DNA of 64,000 nucleotides from Rhynchobatus australiae (GCA_034780895.1 JAUZTB010000098.1:89120201-89184200), one strand, 5' to 3'. Counted from the stretch's first letter, positions 44,791 through 58,200 are shown. Notes: generated by a model not told the origin, from the letters alone. Numbers and translations: made by a program.

Positions 44791-46149
44791 ATTCCTATCA
44801 TCCCCATTCATGATTCAGGACATTGCCTAATTTAAACATGCAAGTGATGAAAATAAAGCATCACACAGTGATTTGAAACGTTGTTTAAAATTTTACTTTA
44901 AAAATAAATTCATGCAATGGTTAAAATGCATTATAACTAATTCAGCATTACAGAGAATGTTGTGCAGTTAGTCCTGTGGATATTTTGGTTGTGAGAGCTG
45001 TTTAATGCAGGGTAATGCCTGGGCTATAACATTACGGCTAATATCTTTCAAAATATTATTCCACAGTGTTAAAATAATTAGCAGTTGAAGTGTTTCATAG
45101 TGATTTTCTACTGCTGTGAAGGATGATTGGATTTTTTTTCTGAACAAATTAGCTTATGCAGAATCTATTATGATGCTTCTTACTCAGATGTGTATCTGTC
45201 CCAGAGAATGTTAGTTTCTTTTCCAATGATGTAAACTTGAAGGTATGACAACATAATCATTTATCATGATGACCCTTTCAGCCAAATGTTTTTGAGAAAT
45301 CTGTTTAGTTGCAGCTACCTTTATTGTAGCATTTTCTTTCTCTGATGGTCTGAGATACCACATTCAAAAGACAGTAAAGATGTATGCAGAGTATCCAGTT
45401 TATTTAAAATAGTTACCAAGTGCCAATTACTGCAGTGCATATCAAAATACAATCAAGAAGAGTACGATTTGCTGTGTTATACTGTTAATTTCCCTGGTTA
45501 AATCTGCATTAATTCTCAGTCCCTGCTGTTCAGCAATTATATTTTAAATGGCTCATACTTAAACCTCTTATAATTTACATGTTATGTTACAATCAGTTCA
45601 TCACAAAAAATGAGGAAGGAAAAAAATATGAAAATCATACAAAGGCAACTTTTGAAATTTATTTTAATTACTGGCTGTGAACTGGTTAATCAATATTTGG
45701 GAAGCATTTACAATAAAATGCTTATGCGTGAATCTAAGAACGTAGGAGTTGATGATAAATTCATCCACTTGCTGCAGGGTGCACGGAATTACCCTGTCAA
45801 AATTGGGTAGACACATGTAATCCAACTACTTAAGGGCAAGGAGAACAATTCAGACAGTGGACTGGAATGGAGATTTGCTTAAAATCTTGTTGAAGTACCA
45901 GCAATTATCCCTCTATTCACAAGTGAAAGAACTTGACAAATACCTCTGCAGTTTTAAATTTGGATAAGGCCTCTCCATAGTAGATGTGTTCTTTCCACGC
46001 ACATAGGAATCATACGCTAGCTATGTTTTCTCAATATTAGATTCCATAATAGAGCAGCACTTTTGTTGCAAAATTTGCTTAAGTATACAATTACTCATAT
46101 TTATAAAGTGTAGGCACAGATTAAATTTTGATTTTTCAAAATAAAAATT

Positions 46150-46548
46150 GAAATAAAAACAGAAAATGCTGAAGGCAGCAACTGTGGAGAGAGAGAGAAA
46201 TGAATTAATGTTTCAGGTCAATATCCTTTCACCAGCACTGGCAAGAATTAAAAATGAAATATGTTTTAAATTGTGGAGAAAGTAGAAGGGGTGAAGGGAA
46301 CGAAAGGGAAGGTCTATGATAGGCTGGATGCATGGAGAGACTGAGACACAGAAATAGTGGTGGTGCCACAGAGAGGTCACAGCAGGAATGGAATGGAGAA
46401 TTAAAGTGACAGACATCTTGACTAACCCTGCAAAGCTGTTACCTAATCTGCATTTGGTTGCTACAATGCAGAGGAGACTATATCATGGGCACCCAGTGCA
46501 GTATACCAGGCTGAAAAAAGGTACAAGTAAATCATAGTTCCACCTGGA
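46150..46548 (-). mobile_element. Penelope-like element remnant (terminal repeat plus GIY-YIG fragment)
   Basis: Reverse terminal repeat (acagaaaatgctg...gtttcaggtc); the minus strand at 46437-46548 reads QV..FTCTFFSLVYC..C....LCIVATKCRLG, similar to FTCTSSNLIYCIRC..CGLLYIGETKRRLG. Confidence 0.65.
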
Positions 46549-46679
46549 TTTAGATCTTGATTGACTTAAAGCACATAGTACATAAGAGTATCTTTACTTC
46601 CAAGGAAGAACCATCCATTTGACTGGCATCTTCATTGGCAGCATACCCTGACTGCAGTTTGTACCATTTCCAAATAGCA

Positions 46680-46960
46680 CAGCTGCAACTTGCTAATGCT
46701 TCTTCAATAGCATCTCCCAAGCCTGTGACCTTCACCAAATAGAAGTGCAAGGGTAACAAGCACATAGGAATACCACCATCTTCAGGGACTGCTCCAGCTC
46801 CTAACTTGGGCATGTTTTGCCTATATTTCCTTACGAACAGCATCATAGGATGCTTTCACCTAAAGGAATTACTGGTTCCATACATCAGAAACACCTTCTC
46901 AAGGGCAACTAGGATTATCTGGGCCTGTCAGTGATGAGCATATCCCATGAATGAATAAAA
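46680..46960 (+). mobile_element. 3' end of an old CR1/L2-group LINE
   Basis: CACCTTCTCAAGGGCAACTAGG...GGGCCTGTCAGTGATG..CATATCCCATGAATGAATAAAA tail. Confidence 0.6.
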
Positions 46961-47014
46961 TATGCAGTTATTATTTTCTGCCTGCAGTACTTCTAATTGC
47001 CTCTTTAATTTCCT

Positions 47015-47442
47015 TTCCTATGAGGAGAGATTAAGCAGACTAGGCCTATATTTTCTTGAGTTTGGAAGAATGAGAAGTGATCATATTGAAACTTTCAAAA
47101 TCCTTATGGGCTTGACAGGGATGATGTCTCTTCTGGCTGGAGTGTCTGGAATTAAAGGTCACAATCTCAGAATAAGGGGTCAGACATTCAGGAAGGAGAT
47201 GAGAAGTTGTTTCTTCATCCAGAGGGTGGTGAATTTCTAGAATCTTTTGTCCAAGAGAGTGGTGGAAGGTTAGTCACTGAGTACATTCAAGACAGAGATT
47301 GATAGGTTTTTAGATATTAAGTAAATCAAGGGATATGGGGTTAGTTTGAGAAAGTGGGACTGAGTTAAAAGATTAGCCACAATCCAACTGAATGGTGGAG
47401 AAAGCAGGAAGAGATGAATGGCCTTCTCCTGCTTCTGTTTCT
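47015..47442 (+). mobile_element. CR1-clade LINE 3' end
   Basis: SYEERLSRLGLYFLEFGRMRSDHIETFKIL...GHNLRIRGQTFRKEMRSCFFIQRVVNF; tail GAATGGCCTTCTCCTGCTTCT. Confidence 0.88.
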
Positions 47443-47762
47443 TTCATTATCAATAATGTTCTAATATATTGTCTTCACGGTACACAGTAGAGCACCATGA
47501 CCAACAAAGTACCTTGTGATTAGCTCTGATGAATGAGGTATATTAGTTGAACTGCTGGATCTGAATAGCTGATAAAGCTTGCAGAAAGTACAATAAAAGC
47601 AAGTTCCATGATTAATTCATTCTTTATAAAGAAAATTTAAAGAAATATCATTTAATATCCTTTTTTATTTTACATATATTTTAGATGTTGGGAGTCAATC
47701 GGCAATCCAATTATTTTTGCAGTGTTTAAAAAAAATGTTTCCAATGAATCAAATTAAGCAAT

Positions 47763-48606
47763 ACACTGCTGTCTACAAATTCGCCATTGATACCACTATT
47801 GTTGGTAAAATCTCAGATGGCATCAAGGAGCTGTACAGGAGTGAGATAGATCAGCTGGTTGATTGGTGTTTCAACAACAACCTCACACTCAATATAAGCA
47901 AGACCAAGGTATTGATTGTGGACTTCAGGAAGGAGATGTCAGGGGAACACACACCAGTTCTCATTGAGGGGTCAGCAGTGGAAAGAGTGAGCAGCTTCAA
48001 GTTCCTGGGCGTCAACATCTTGGAGGACCTATCCTGGGCCCAACACATTGATGCAATCATGAATAAGGCATGTAGTTCTACTTTGTTAGGAGTTTGAGGA
48101 GGTTTGGTATGTCACCAAAGACTCTTGCAAATTTCTGTACATGTACAGTGGAGAGCATTCTGACCAGTTGCATCACAGCTTGGTATGGAGGCTCCAATAC
48201 ACAGGATTGCAAGAGACTGTAAGAGGGTTGTAGACTCAGCCAGCTCCATCATGGGCACAACCCTCCTCACCATTCAGGACATCTTCAAGAGGCAGTTCCT
48301 CAAGAAGGCAGCATCCATCACCAAGGACCTTCACCATCCAGGACATGCCCTCTTCTCATTACTACCATTAGGGGGGAGGTACAGGAGCCTGAAGACCCAC
48401 CCTCAGCGATTTAGGAACTCCCCTCTGCTATCAGATTTCTGAATGGTCCATGAACTTATGAACACTACTTCACTATTCCTTTCTTTTTGCACTATTTATT
48501 TATTTTGTAATTTATAGTAATTTTTATGTCTTTGCACTGTACTGCTGGTGCAAAACAACATATTTCACTACATATAAGTCAGTGATAACAAACCTGATTC
48601 TGATTC
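47763..48606 (+). mobile_element. Rex1/Babar non-LTR retrotransposon, 5'-truncated (same family as 11158-11930)
   Basis: VYKFAIDTTIVGKISDG..YRSEIDQLVDWCFNNNLTLNISKTKVLIVDFRK...FKFLGVNILEDLSW; HPGHALFSLLPLGGRYRSLKT; (GATTCT) tail. Confidence 0.92.
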
Positions 48607-48782
48607 AAGTCAGACAGCACTGTAGAAGTCAGTGCTAACAATTCAACTACGTTATTTTAAGCTGAGCCAAATTTAATAGCAGGGTGGTTCCTTTACTTTG
48701 TTTAATAGCACTTTATTACATAATTAGGGAAAATAGTAGAAGGAGTTAGCTATCCTGATAGAATAGGAGTTCTGAACTAGTT

Positions 48783-48960
48783 TAAGAAGAGATGGAATTC
48801 AATTATGGGGAGTGTTTATTATTGGCATCATTACTTTTCTCTACTAGTTAGCATCACATTCAATAATTACGACACTTGAAAGATATATATTGCTGTAAAA
48901 TGTTTTGGGCTGTTCTGAGATATTTAAATCATGTTATCTCAATGCATATAGTTTTCTTTA
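48783..48960 (+). mobile_element. Deu-SINE/L2-type tail remnant
   Basis: ACACTTGAAAGA...TTGCTGTAAAATGTTTTGGGCTGTTCTGAG...AATGCATATAGTTTTCTTT resembles the recalled SacSINE1/L2 3' end. Confidence 0.45.
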
Positions 48961-50354
48961 TTCAAGACTTTCAGTAACGTAAATGTATTCTACAGTCAGT
49001 GTACATGGGAGACAGACATTCAGCCCAGGAGTGGTCAGAGTGATAACAATTCCACAGACTACTCAGTGCCTTGTCTGCTGATATTTTTCATTTATTTGGG
49101 ACAGAATTTGAGCCATATTCTGAGAAATACTGTTCCAAAGTTTTGTATAAACTGGGATAATAAGGGAATTTGCTGTTGAAAAAGGCTACAACATTGGAGT
49201 TTGCTTCACATTATTTTTCTTCTGATTTAAGGCTTCATCAGCCATTTAAAACGAGTGAGAAATAAGTTTACAGTGTGATGTGTTTACAGTATGCGCAGTA
49301 AAGAATATCACAGAATGGATAGAGTTAACACTGCTCATTGGCAACATTCAATCCAAAGATGTTAACTCAGTTTTGGTTACCTCAGAATATCCTATTCATT
49401 ATTTCAAGTCAACTAATAGTAAGTTTTAACTCATAGTCTCTTTAGAGGCTGGCATACTTGAGTTATACAGTACTTTGCTTGGTATTAATAACACCAAATA
49501 AATAAGTGGAAATTATAATTTTGAATTTATGAGTACATAGCCCACACATTTGCTTTGAACAAGTTTTATTAATTCCCTATCTGAATTACACTGCAATTCT
49601 GTTCCTAATTTATGCCTCATAAATAGAGCTGATACAGGTTCAGTTGTACAGCCATGTTTAGATTGGTGTGAGCTGAGAAGGTAAAGTTATATGAGTTGAT
49701 GACTTGGATGGAGGAAAGCAGAATTCGATGCTTCATAATTAAGTGCATACAAGTACCTTTCCTGTAATTTGCAAAACTTGCAAATTTGTAAATTCAGATT
49801 GGTGCAAATTGAATAATGGAGCCATTTTTATCATTATAAAAATTAAAGTATTGGCTCAGTTTATTCACACAAGCATGAAATATGCAGACCAGGGAGGTCC
49901 AAATTTATTACTCAAACTATGTTGATCTCAGTTGCAGTGGTTTTAAGGCTGCTTTTAATTAAATGTAGTACTCCAAATATCAGGGATGTGGCAATTACTG
50001 ATTGCTAGCTATTGACCCTGTGGCATTGAGCATATGCAAACTGCAAGTAAGGGCAGGACTTGCTCTGCTATGGTTCTCCTTGTGGATGAATACCACAATG
50101 ATATTCATGCATGAATAAAAGACACCTGGGAAAGGTACCAGAAGCTGACTGGTCCCTGTGGAACTGCAACTCAGTTTTAAGGCGATGATGCATAAAACTA
50201 AAAATGATTTATCTGAGTATACTGGCAACTTCCTATATAAAATTAAATATAGGACTTGTATACTGGCTGAGGGTGACAGAAGTACTCTAAAACATGGAGT
50301 ATAAATGTGTCATGTTCAGCAACACAAAACAACACAGTGTGCTGTGCACTTTAT

Positions 50355-52225
50355 TTTACAGATCTCATCACATCAGATCTTCCTTCCAGAGCCTCTGACC
50401 TCAGAGTGCTCCAATCCCACACTGCCTGCTCCCATCTCTTACCTCACATCCATAAACAGGACTGCCCTGGCAGGCCCAATGTTTCTGCCTGGGCTTGCCC
50501 CACTGAACTCACTTCTTCATACCTGGACACCATCCGTTTTTCTCTTGTCCAGTCCCTTCACACGTACGTCGGGACATCTCTTATGCCCACCACCTTTTTG
50601 ATAACTTCCAATTTCCTGGCCACAACTACATCATCTTGACTGTGCAGATTCGGTCTCTATACATGTCTATTCTCCATCAGGAAGGTCTTAGGGCCCACTG
50701 TTTCTTTCTTGAATGAAGACCCAACCACTTTTGTTCCACTAACAGTTTCATCCATGGCAAAACTCATTCTTACCCTTAACAACTTGTCCTTTGATTCCTC
50801 CCACCTTCTGCAGATCAAAAGGGTAGCCACGGACATTCGCATGGACCCTAGCTACACGTGTCTATTTGTAGGCAATGTGGAACAATCCTTGGTCCAAGCC
50901 TGTTCTGGAACACACCCTCAGCTCTTTCTCCATTACATTGATGACTGCATCCATGCTGCCTCCTGCACCCATAAACTTCATCATATTTTCCACCAACTTC
51001 TACCCTAACATCAAATTCACCTGGACTATCTCTGACTCTTTGCTTCCTTTTCTCAATCTCTCTGTCTCCCGCTCAGGAGAATAGACTTGCCACTGACACC
51101 TTCTATAAACCCAACTCCTACCCTGCCTCCTGTAAGGATGCCATCTCTGCTGCATCTGTTCTCAAGACGAGGTGCTCTGTCTGCTCTAGAGCTTCTGAAA
51201 TGTCCTGCTTCTTCCAGAAGTGTGGCTCCCCCTCTGCCATAGTTGGAGTCCTCACTCATATTTCCTCCATTTCCCACATGTCTGCTCTCACCACCCCTCC
51301 TCCCCAGACAGAACAGCAGTAAAGTTGCCTTGGTCCTTGCCTTTCACCGTACCAGCCTCTGTCAGCTTCAATGGGAATCCACCGCCAGTTGCTTCGTCCC
51401 CCTCTGCAATCCCCCCCAACCCCTGCCCCCATCCTCTGCTTTTTACAGGGAACACTCACATTGTGACTCCCTGATTGACTCATCCCTTTCCACCACCTCT
51501 CCCCATCTCCTGGCACTTTCCCCTGCAACTGTAGGAGGTGTAACATTTGTCCCCTCACGTCCTCTCACACCACCATCCAGGTAACCTAAACGTCCCTTCC
51601 AGGGAGGCGGAGGTTCACCTGGACCTCCTCCAACCTGGTCTGCTGCATTTGGTGCTCACAGTTTACCTCCTCACGAAGGCCTCCTCTAAATTTTGAAACC
51701 AGACATAGACTAGGCAGTCTTCGGCGGAGCACATACATCCTGTCTGCAATGGCCATCTCGAGCTTCTGGTTGCATGTAGTTCAACTCTCCATCAACCCAT
51801 CTATCCTCGGCCTTCTACATTGCTACCAAGAAGCCAAATGCAAATTGGAAGAATCTCATATTCTTCTTGGGCGGTTAGAAGATTCAATGGTATGCACACT
51901 AAATTTTCCAATTTCCGGTGTTGTCCTCCTGCAAGCACTCATCTGTCCACCTGGTTTTCTTTTCATTTTGTTCACCTCTGCCTTTCCCCTTCCCCTACCT
52001 AGTTTAATCTGCCCATCGTTCCCACCTCATCTGCTTCCACCTGTCATCTGAGAGCCTCTATCCCAAAACCCAACTCCCACCCCTCCACTGCTATATTCTG
52101 GCAATCTTTTCTGTTGACTCTCAGCCTTTATGCAAGGTCTCAACCCGAAATGTCGACATACACCTTTTGTCTCGACAAATGCTGATTGACCTGCTGAGTT
52201 CTCCCAACATTCTATTTTCTGCTTT
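50355..52225 (+). mobile_element. Penelope-like retroelement, decayed (RT, GIY-YIG and terminal repeat)
   Basis: LPHIHKQDCPGRPNVSAWACPTELTSSYLD; LILTLNNLSFDSSHLLQIKRVATDIRMDPSYTCLFVG (GVAMGTRMGPSYA motif); FLHYIDDCI; PNIKFTWTIS..LPFLNLSV; GIY-YIG remnant RFTWTSSNLVCCIWC; terminal GGTCTCAACCCGAAATGTCGAC...GACCTGCTGAGTTCTCCCAACATT. Many frameshifts. Confidence 0.9.
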
Positions 52226-55200
52226 ACACTTCGTTTGATTTTCTTTTCCTTTGATGTAAAGTGTAAAATGTGCTTCTAATATGAGTTTTCCACTACTACT
52301 CTTGACCCGTTTATACATTCATGTCTTCTGTGTGGTCAAACTTTCCCAGAAAAATACTAGAAAAACACCAGACTGGTTTGAGTTCTGCCAGATTATATGA
52401 CAATTCACTCACTGAATGATTGGATTTTTATAGCAGTTATTTCATCCATTTGCTGTTCATGGGCCACACAAGCACAGTTAAAAATTACAGAAATGGCAGT
52501 CAAGCATGTTGAATGTTACAGTCATGTCTGGTCTCCTCTTTGTATTAGAATGTCAGACTTGGAGAGGACTTAAAAGAAAAATTGTGAATATTGTGTCTCT
52601 TGCAGCAACTTCCCGATGGTCAATTATGATTGATTTCTCTTTGAAAATGAATCATGTTGTGCACAGATATATGGCACCATGTGACCTAATTTCTAGGCCT
52701 ATCTGCATTGGAGTGGTGTGATCCAAAAAATTGCATTGCATTAAGGCAAGCCATGCAAAGCAACTGCTATATTACAAAGTCCAAAGTTAAATAATCTGAC
52801 TGTAAACAAGTTTTTGCACAAACAGCTTTCTCTCTGTCCCAAACTGTTGTAAATAACATTCTTCTGTACAGCTTAGATTGTCAATCATAATTTTGCAAAT
52901 ACTTTATATATTTTTGAACATTATCTCACAGTAATGCTAATTCTTTTTCTTATGCACCTCACAGCTTTATTTATTCAGATATTGAAATCAGCACATTCTA
53001 TCAGTTATTCCTAAACCCATGTTTCATAGGCACAGGCAAAGAAATCTGATAAACCACAATCTATGACAACTTTACCCAATCCTACCAATGGCAATCCTAC
53101 TCAACAAAACTAGTGAAGGGTACAGTTCTATACTTGTACATGCTAGAATATACCTAATGCATATTGCATTAAGTAAACAGACCATTTCCAGCTGTATGTG
53201 ATACTGATAAAAATCTCTTCAGGCTTTAGAAGATACACCGAACACTGACCTAAGATGCAATTATCTCTATAGGAAACTATGATGCATATAGTGTAAATGC
53301 TACCAAATATACTGCAGATATCCATGAAGTAGCTGAAATAAATTTTACTGTTTCAAACCCTATAAGAATAGCAATAACATTTCTGCACAAACTTAAGGAA
53401 AGGTTTAAGATTGCACAGTTATCAGCAGACAATATTATAAAGTTGAATTACACAAACCGTTTGCACAGCAGAAGGCAAATATATATTGGGATGGGAGAAC
53501 ACCCAGCCCCCAAAAGAAGTACCAACTTCTGGCAGATGTTTCAAGGCTTATGAAGGTTCACTTGCCTACCCTTTCAGATTGCACTGTACATTGTAGAAAA
53601 TGGAGCAGGGTGCAAAGAAAGACATAGAAGTGCAGAAAAACTGAAGATAAAAAGGGAAATTAAAAACTATTCAGTGGTTGATAATATTGTGCATTCCACT
53701 TAAAAGTTGTCATAGTTGGAAACTTATATTAAAAAATCCTCAGGTAGTTAGTACATTTGACAACAACATTGTAAAACTGAATTTTTTTGTATTATGTTAT
53801 AATGCAGCTTAATAGTAAGATTAAACATTACAAATCCATGTTAAACAGATGCCATTTGCTTTGATATGTTTCTTTACTAGTTACAGCATGTGGTAATAAT
53901 TTCAATATTAAAAGGAGCAGTTGTAGGCAAAAGGGCTTTGGACAGTTATGTTCCAGTAATTCTAAACATTCAAAATGAATTTAGTTTCTCGAGAATCTAC
54001 ATATCCAGGTCAGGATTCAAAATCGTAAAACACTGTAGACACTTGTCACTGAGTTATGCAGATTACAATCAGCATAAATCGGTTCAGCCATTTATGTCAT
54101 GCTGAGTATTCAAGAGATTCCAGATTTTGTAGGTCTCTTGAACTTATTCACTTAACCTTTCAGTCTCTGCTTTCTATTATATGGCTTCTCCACGTGAGAA
54201 AGAGTTGAGCAGGTATCAAAATAACAGGTACAATTATTGATTATTAATTGAAAATCAGTATTTCCATGAAGGAAATACTGAAATTTGCTGAAATTCCATC
54301 AAATAAATTAAATACAAGTAACAAGGCTATCAGAAGTGCATACCATGTTTCTTTGATTATTTAAACAAATAATTGATTATTTGAGCCTTGATTATTTAAA
54401 CAAGGCTCACATAAATGAACAACTGAGGGTTAATTTGGGAGCCCAAAATATATAAACAAAGATATACCACTAATAGCAATTCACACAGAAGTCGCCTGTA
54501 AGTCAAAGTCATTAATTGAAAAACAACTCTGCTGATTCAAAAATTCTGTGATAACAGCGACGTGGCATTCACTTTTGATTTTCTTCCTTTCATTATGAAT
54601 GCAGAGGACCCCAGGCACCAAGGAAATGAAGGAATGCTGGTATGCATTTTTAATTGGTGCATGAAAAATCCTCTAAGAGCATGTCATGAGTAGGCACGCT
54701 CATACAGCACAACCAGTACTTAAATTTCACTTTTAGTATTTAATTTTTTTAGTACTTACCCATAAAAAAGCTCATAAAAATACACATCTGTATTTACTTC
54801 AAGTCTGTCACAAATCAACATGACCTGATCTAGATCAAGGCAGTAATTTCCTTCCCACTAGTTTCATAGGGAACTTTATGGCAGCATACTTATCTTATCG
54901 GCATAATAATCTCACATTTTGCCAAGTCTAAACAGGGATATCACCTCATAATAAAAATGATTTCACTCTCTTTCAATGGCTCTATACAAGTACAAAATGA
55001 GCTTGAAAACAGAGCCTGTTTAATGACCAATGGTGATAAGAGATGAGTGTTTGGGGGTGGGGGAAATACACAGCTAGATGTCTGGTCTACTCAGGAAATT
55101 GTGAATCAGTGGTATTGTCTATCAGGGGGGTTGACAGAATGCCGTCAATGCCCAAACAATGCTTGTGCTCCACTTTGGGGAAATGAAGTCAGTCAGCGCT

Positions 55201-56114
55201 GGCTTTGACAAGCACACTGACAAAAGAGATAAACCACAAACAGGNNNNNNNNNNAGCAATGTTTAAGAGGCATTTAGACAGGTACTGGCAGGGGATGCCG
55301 GGATATGGATTGGAAAAGAATGCCAATTACACAGCAGCCTGTTATGTTAGGCAATGTGGCCTTTGCTTCATCAAATGCAGCAGCTGGAGGACTCCCATAA
55401 AACATAGGCTTAAGTGCCTCATATCTAGCATTTGGCAGAAGTTTGTTAGCAGCCTGATAATGGGTAGATATTGGGAAAAGTAAAACTTTAGAGGCTGCTC
55501 AGACAGCTCTCCTTACTAAGCTCCAAGAAGGAGGAAGTTAAGGCACCAACCTTTCACATTACATCATATAAAAGCCTCATTTATCACCAGCCAACATACA
55601 TCTAGAAAATCATAACATCCTTTCAGGAAAATCATGTGGAAAATAATCAGATTTACTTCAGCGAAAGGTTTCCGTATCAAGGTCCAGCTTCTGACACTGT
55701 TACTGTAAACTTGCACAAGTGTATTTCAACAACTATTCAAGAGAAAGAGCTTGCAGTTAAACATGATCGCTGGTGATTGGCTCAATCCTGATGCAAGTCA
55801 CCTCATTAGATAGCTACAAAACAGTCTTAACTGAACGGGTAGTCAGACAATAATGAAAGGTCATGTGTCTATTATGCATGTCACATGACATAGCAAATGT
55901 TGCTTTAGGGTCTCTTTGGCTCTGAGCCCCAAAGGTCCCATATCTGTCAATGAACTGGGTTAAGTTATTTCATCTTAACTGAGGTTATTACAGAATAACC
56001 CTTGATAGAAGTGCTCATGCAAGGAGACCAGGCAGACAGGAGAGAGTTTAGCTATTATGTCCTCCACAGGTTATTCTTCCATTATTGTGAAGGTCATCGA
56101 GCGAGAAATCAGAA

Positions 56115-56490
56115 AGCAACACACAAAGGGGCTGGAGGAACCCAGTGGGTCAGGCAGCATCCATGGAGGGAAATGGACAGTCAATGTTTCAGGTTGAGAC
56201 CCTTCATCAGGACTGGAAAGAAAGAGGGGAGATAGCCAGAATTAAAAGGTGGGGGGAAGGGGTGAAGCAAGAGCTGGTGGGTGATAGGTGGATCCAGGCA
56301 AGGGGGGTGATAGGCAGGTGAGGGAGGGTGGAGAGTGAGAATGATGCAAGAAGCTGGGAGGTGATAGGTGGAAGTGACAAAGGGCTGAATAAGATGGAAT
56401 CTGATAGGAGTGTGGACCATAGAATAAAGGGAAGGTGGTTCCAATGGGGGGAATGTGAGAGTGATTGGCAGATGGAGAGGATGGGGGAAG
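56115..56490 (-). mobile_element. Penelope-associated terminal repeat/3' UTR copy
   Basis: gctggaggaacccagtgggtcaggcagcatccatggaggg...gtttcaggttgagacccttcatcaggactg is the reverse of 52120-52225, followed by a purine-rich tract. Confidence 0.75.
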
Positions 56491-56599
56491 GAAAGCATCA
56501 GAAAGCATTTGTTACTCTTAGCTCCTCCATCAGAAGACTCAACACCTTTTGTAAATTGGTAGAAGAAGATGCATGGACATTTAGGTACCAAAATTAATC

Positions 56600-57315
56600 C
56601 TTTGACTTTATGTTAATGCCTATAGATGCCACAAAATGAAAATAATCTTTCCTTTCCTGCTCTCAAAGTTGTGGCCAAAGCAAAATTTTTGTGCATTACA
56701 AAGGAAAGCAGGTGTTGCTGGTGAAAAATCTTCTTCTGAAGCAGCCCATTTGGATTGAGGATGACTTGCTTCTGATGTGACTGATGAGACCAATGTGGGA
56801 ACCACAGACTTTTCAACATCTAGGGATCGATGTTACTTTACTGTGCAGGTAGTTAGTGAGGAAGTGCATTCTGCTATTTACATAAGCCTTATGTGTCCTC
56901 CCAATACATGGACTTGAGGTACTCAGTGCTGTCCTGAATGCTTGTTCCCTGCTTTGAGTGGACATGGGCCAGAGATTCCTGAGAATCAGTGAGGATGCTG
57001 CATTTTTTGAAGGAAGTTTTGGGCACGTCCTTGGATTCTTTTTGTCTATGCTCTTGGTAACCTCCTGTGACAGAGCTCGGCATTGAGTGTCTATTACTAG
57101 GCTCTGGTGTCAGGCTAATGAATGATATAGCCCCCACTATGAAGCTGATTGAGTTAACTTGGGCCTCAGTGCTGGAGATGCTGGCCTGGCAGAGAACACC
57201 AATGTCGGTTATCCTTCCAGTGAATTTGCAGGCTTTTGCAGAGATAGCATGGGTGCTCTGAGGTGCTTGCTATAAGTTGTCCAGGTCTCAGAAGCATAAA
57301 GGAAAGTAGGGATAT
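56600..57315 (-). mobile_element. RTE-clade LINE 3' fragment
   Basis: PTFLYASETWTTYSKHLRA, LQIHWKD, and KDVPKTSFKKCSILTDSQESLAH, similar to the RTE/BovB-type LLYGSETW...FKDVLKASLKKCNI..DSWESLA. Confidence 0.78.
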
Positions 57316-58059
57316 AAGTATGCACTATTACATGTACATGACATAGATCAGAGTCATGTTTTTGCCAGTTGAAATACTGGCTGCAAAATATGACTCTGAT
57401 CATGATATATTCACTGGCATCCTTTCCTCTCAAACACCATTGGAAGAGTCAGTACCAACTTACGTTCCAAGAAGAAAATAACCTTTCTTCTGAACTGGCA
57501 TATTAAAAGGAAATTATTGCAACTGACTACAAAGGAGGACATACTGACACAGAAACATTCAAAGTTTATTAAAAACGCACACATGAAAGTTTAAACAGAA
57601 TTTAACATGTGGGAGTCAAGGTTTTAATGAAGTTTTCACAGAGGAAGGAAATCCCAAAATATTTGTAGGGACATTTGGGATGCTTCATCAGCATAATGCT
57701 GAGTTCCAGAAGAATAAGTGAGTTTTTGGTTCTTTGGTCATAGTGTCATAGAATCATATAGCATGGGAGGAAGCCATTTGGCTCCTGACTTCATTAATAA
57801 GAGGAAATTTAGACAACCCCAAAAAATGTGTTCTTACAATCTGTGAGTAACTCACCACTGTTCATTGCAATGCATGCTCCATGTGTCAACTGGAGGTTTT
57901 TGTAATCTGATAGCACCAGTTAAAGCTACCCTGGATTGCTTGAAGGGGTGGTGCCATAAGGTAGATGCTACCAAGTAAATCTGGCTTGGGCAAAGCATAT
58001 GGCAGGAGAGAACAGGCTCCTAGATATTCCAGAGCTACACTGGTAGCATCTTGTAGCAA

Positions 58060-58200
58060 CAAATAATCTATTAGAGGAATCCAGCGAGTCAAGCAGTGTC
58101 TGTGAGGGGGCAAGGAACTGTTAACATGTTGGGTGGAAACCTTGCATCAGTCCTGAATGTTTGTTACTCTGGATTCCAGCACCTGCAGTCCCTCTGGCGT
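58060..58200 (-). mobile_element. Penelope-associated terminal repeat fragment
   Basis: agaggaatccagcgagtcaagcagtgtctgtgagg...gaaaccttgcatcag...gattccagcacctgcagtc. Confidence 0.55.

Noticed and set aside
50305-52051. Functional or domesticated reverse transcriptase gene
   Set aside because: Catalytic motifs are degraded and spread across many frames with stops and deletions. The same holds for all CR1, Rex1 and RTE copies.
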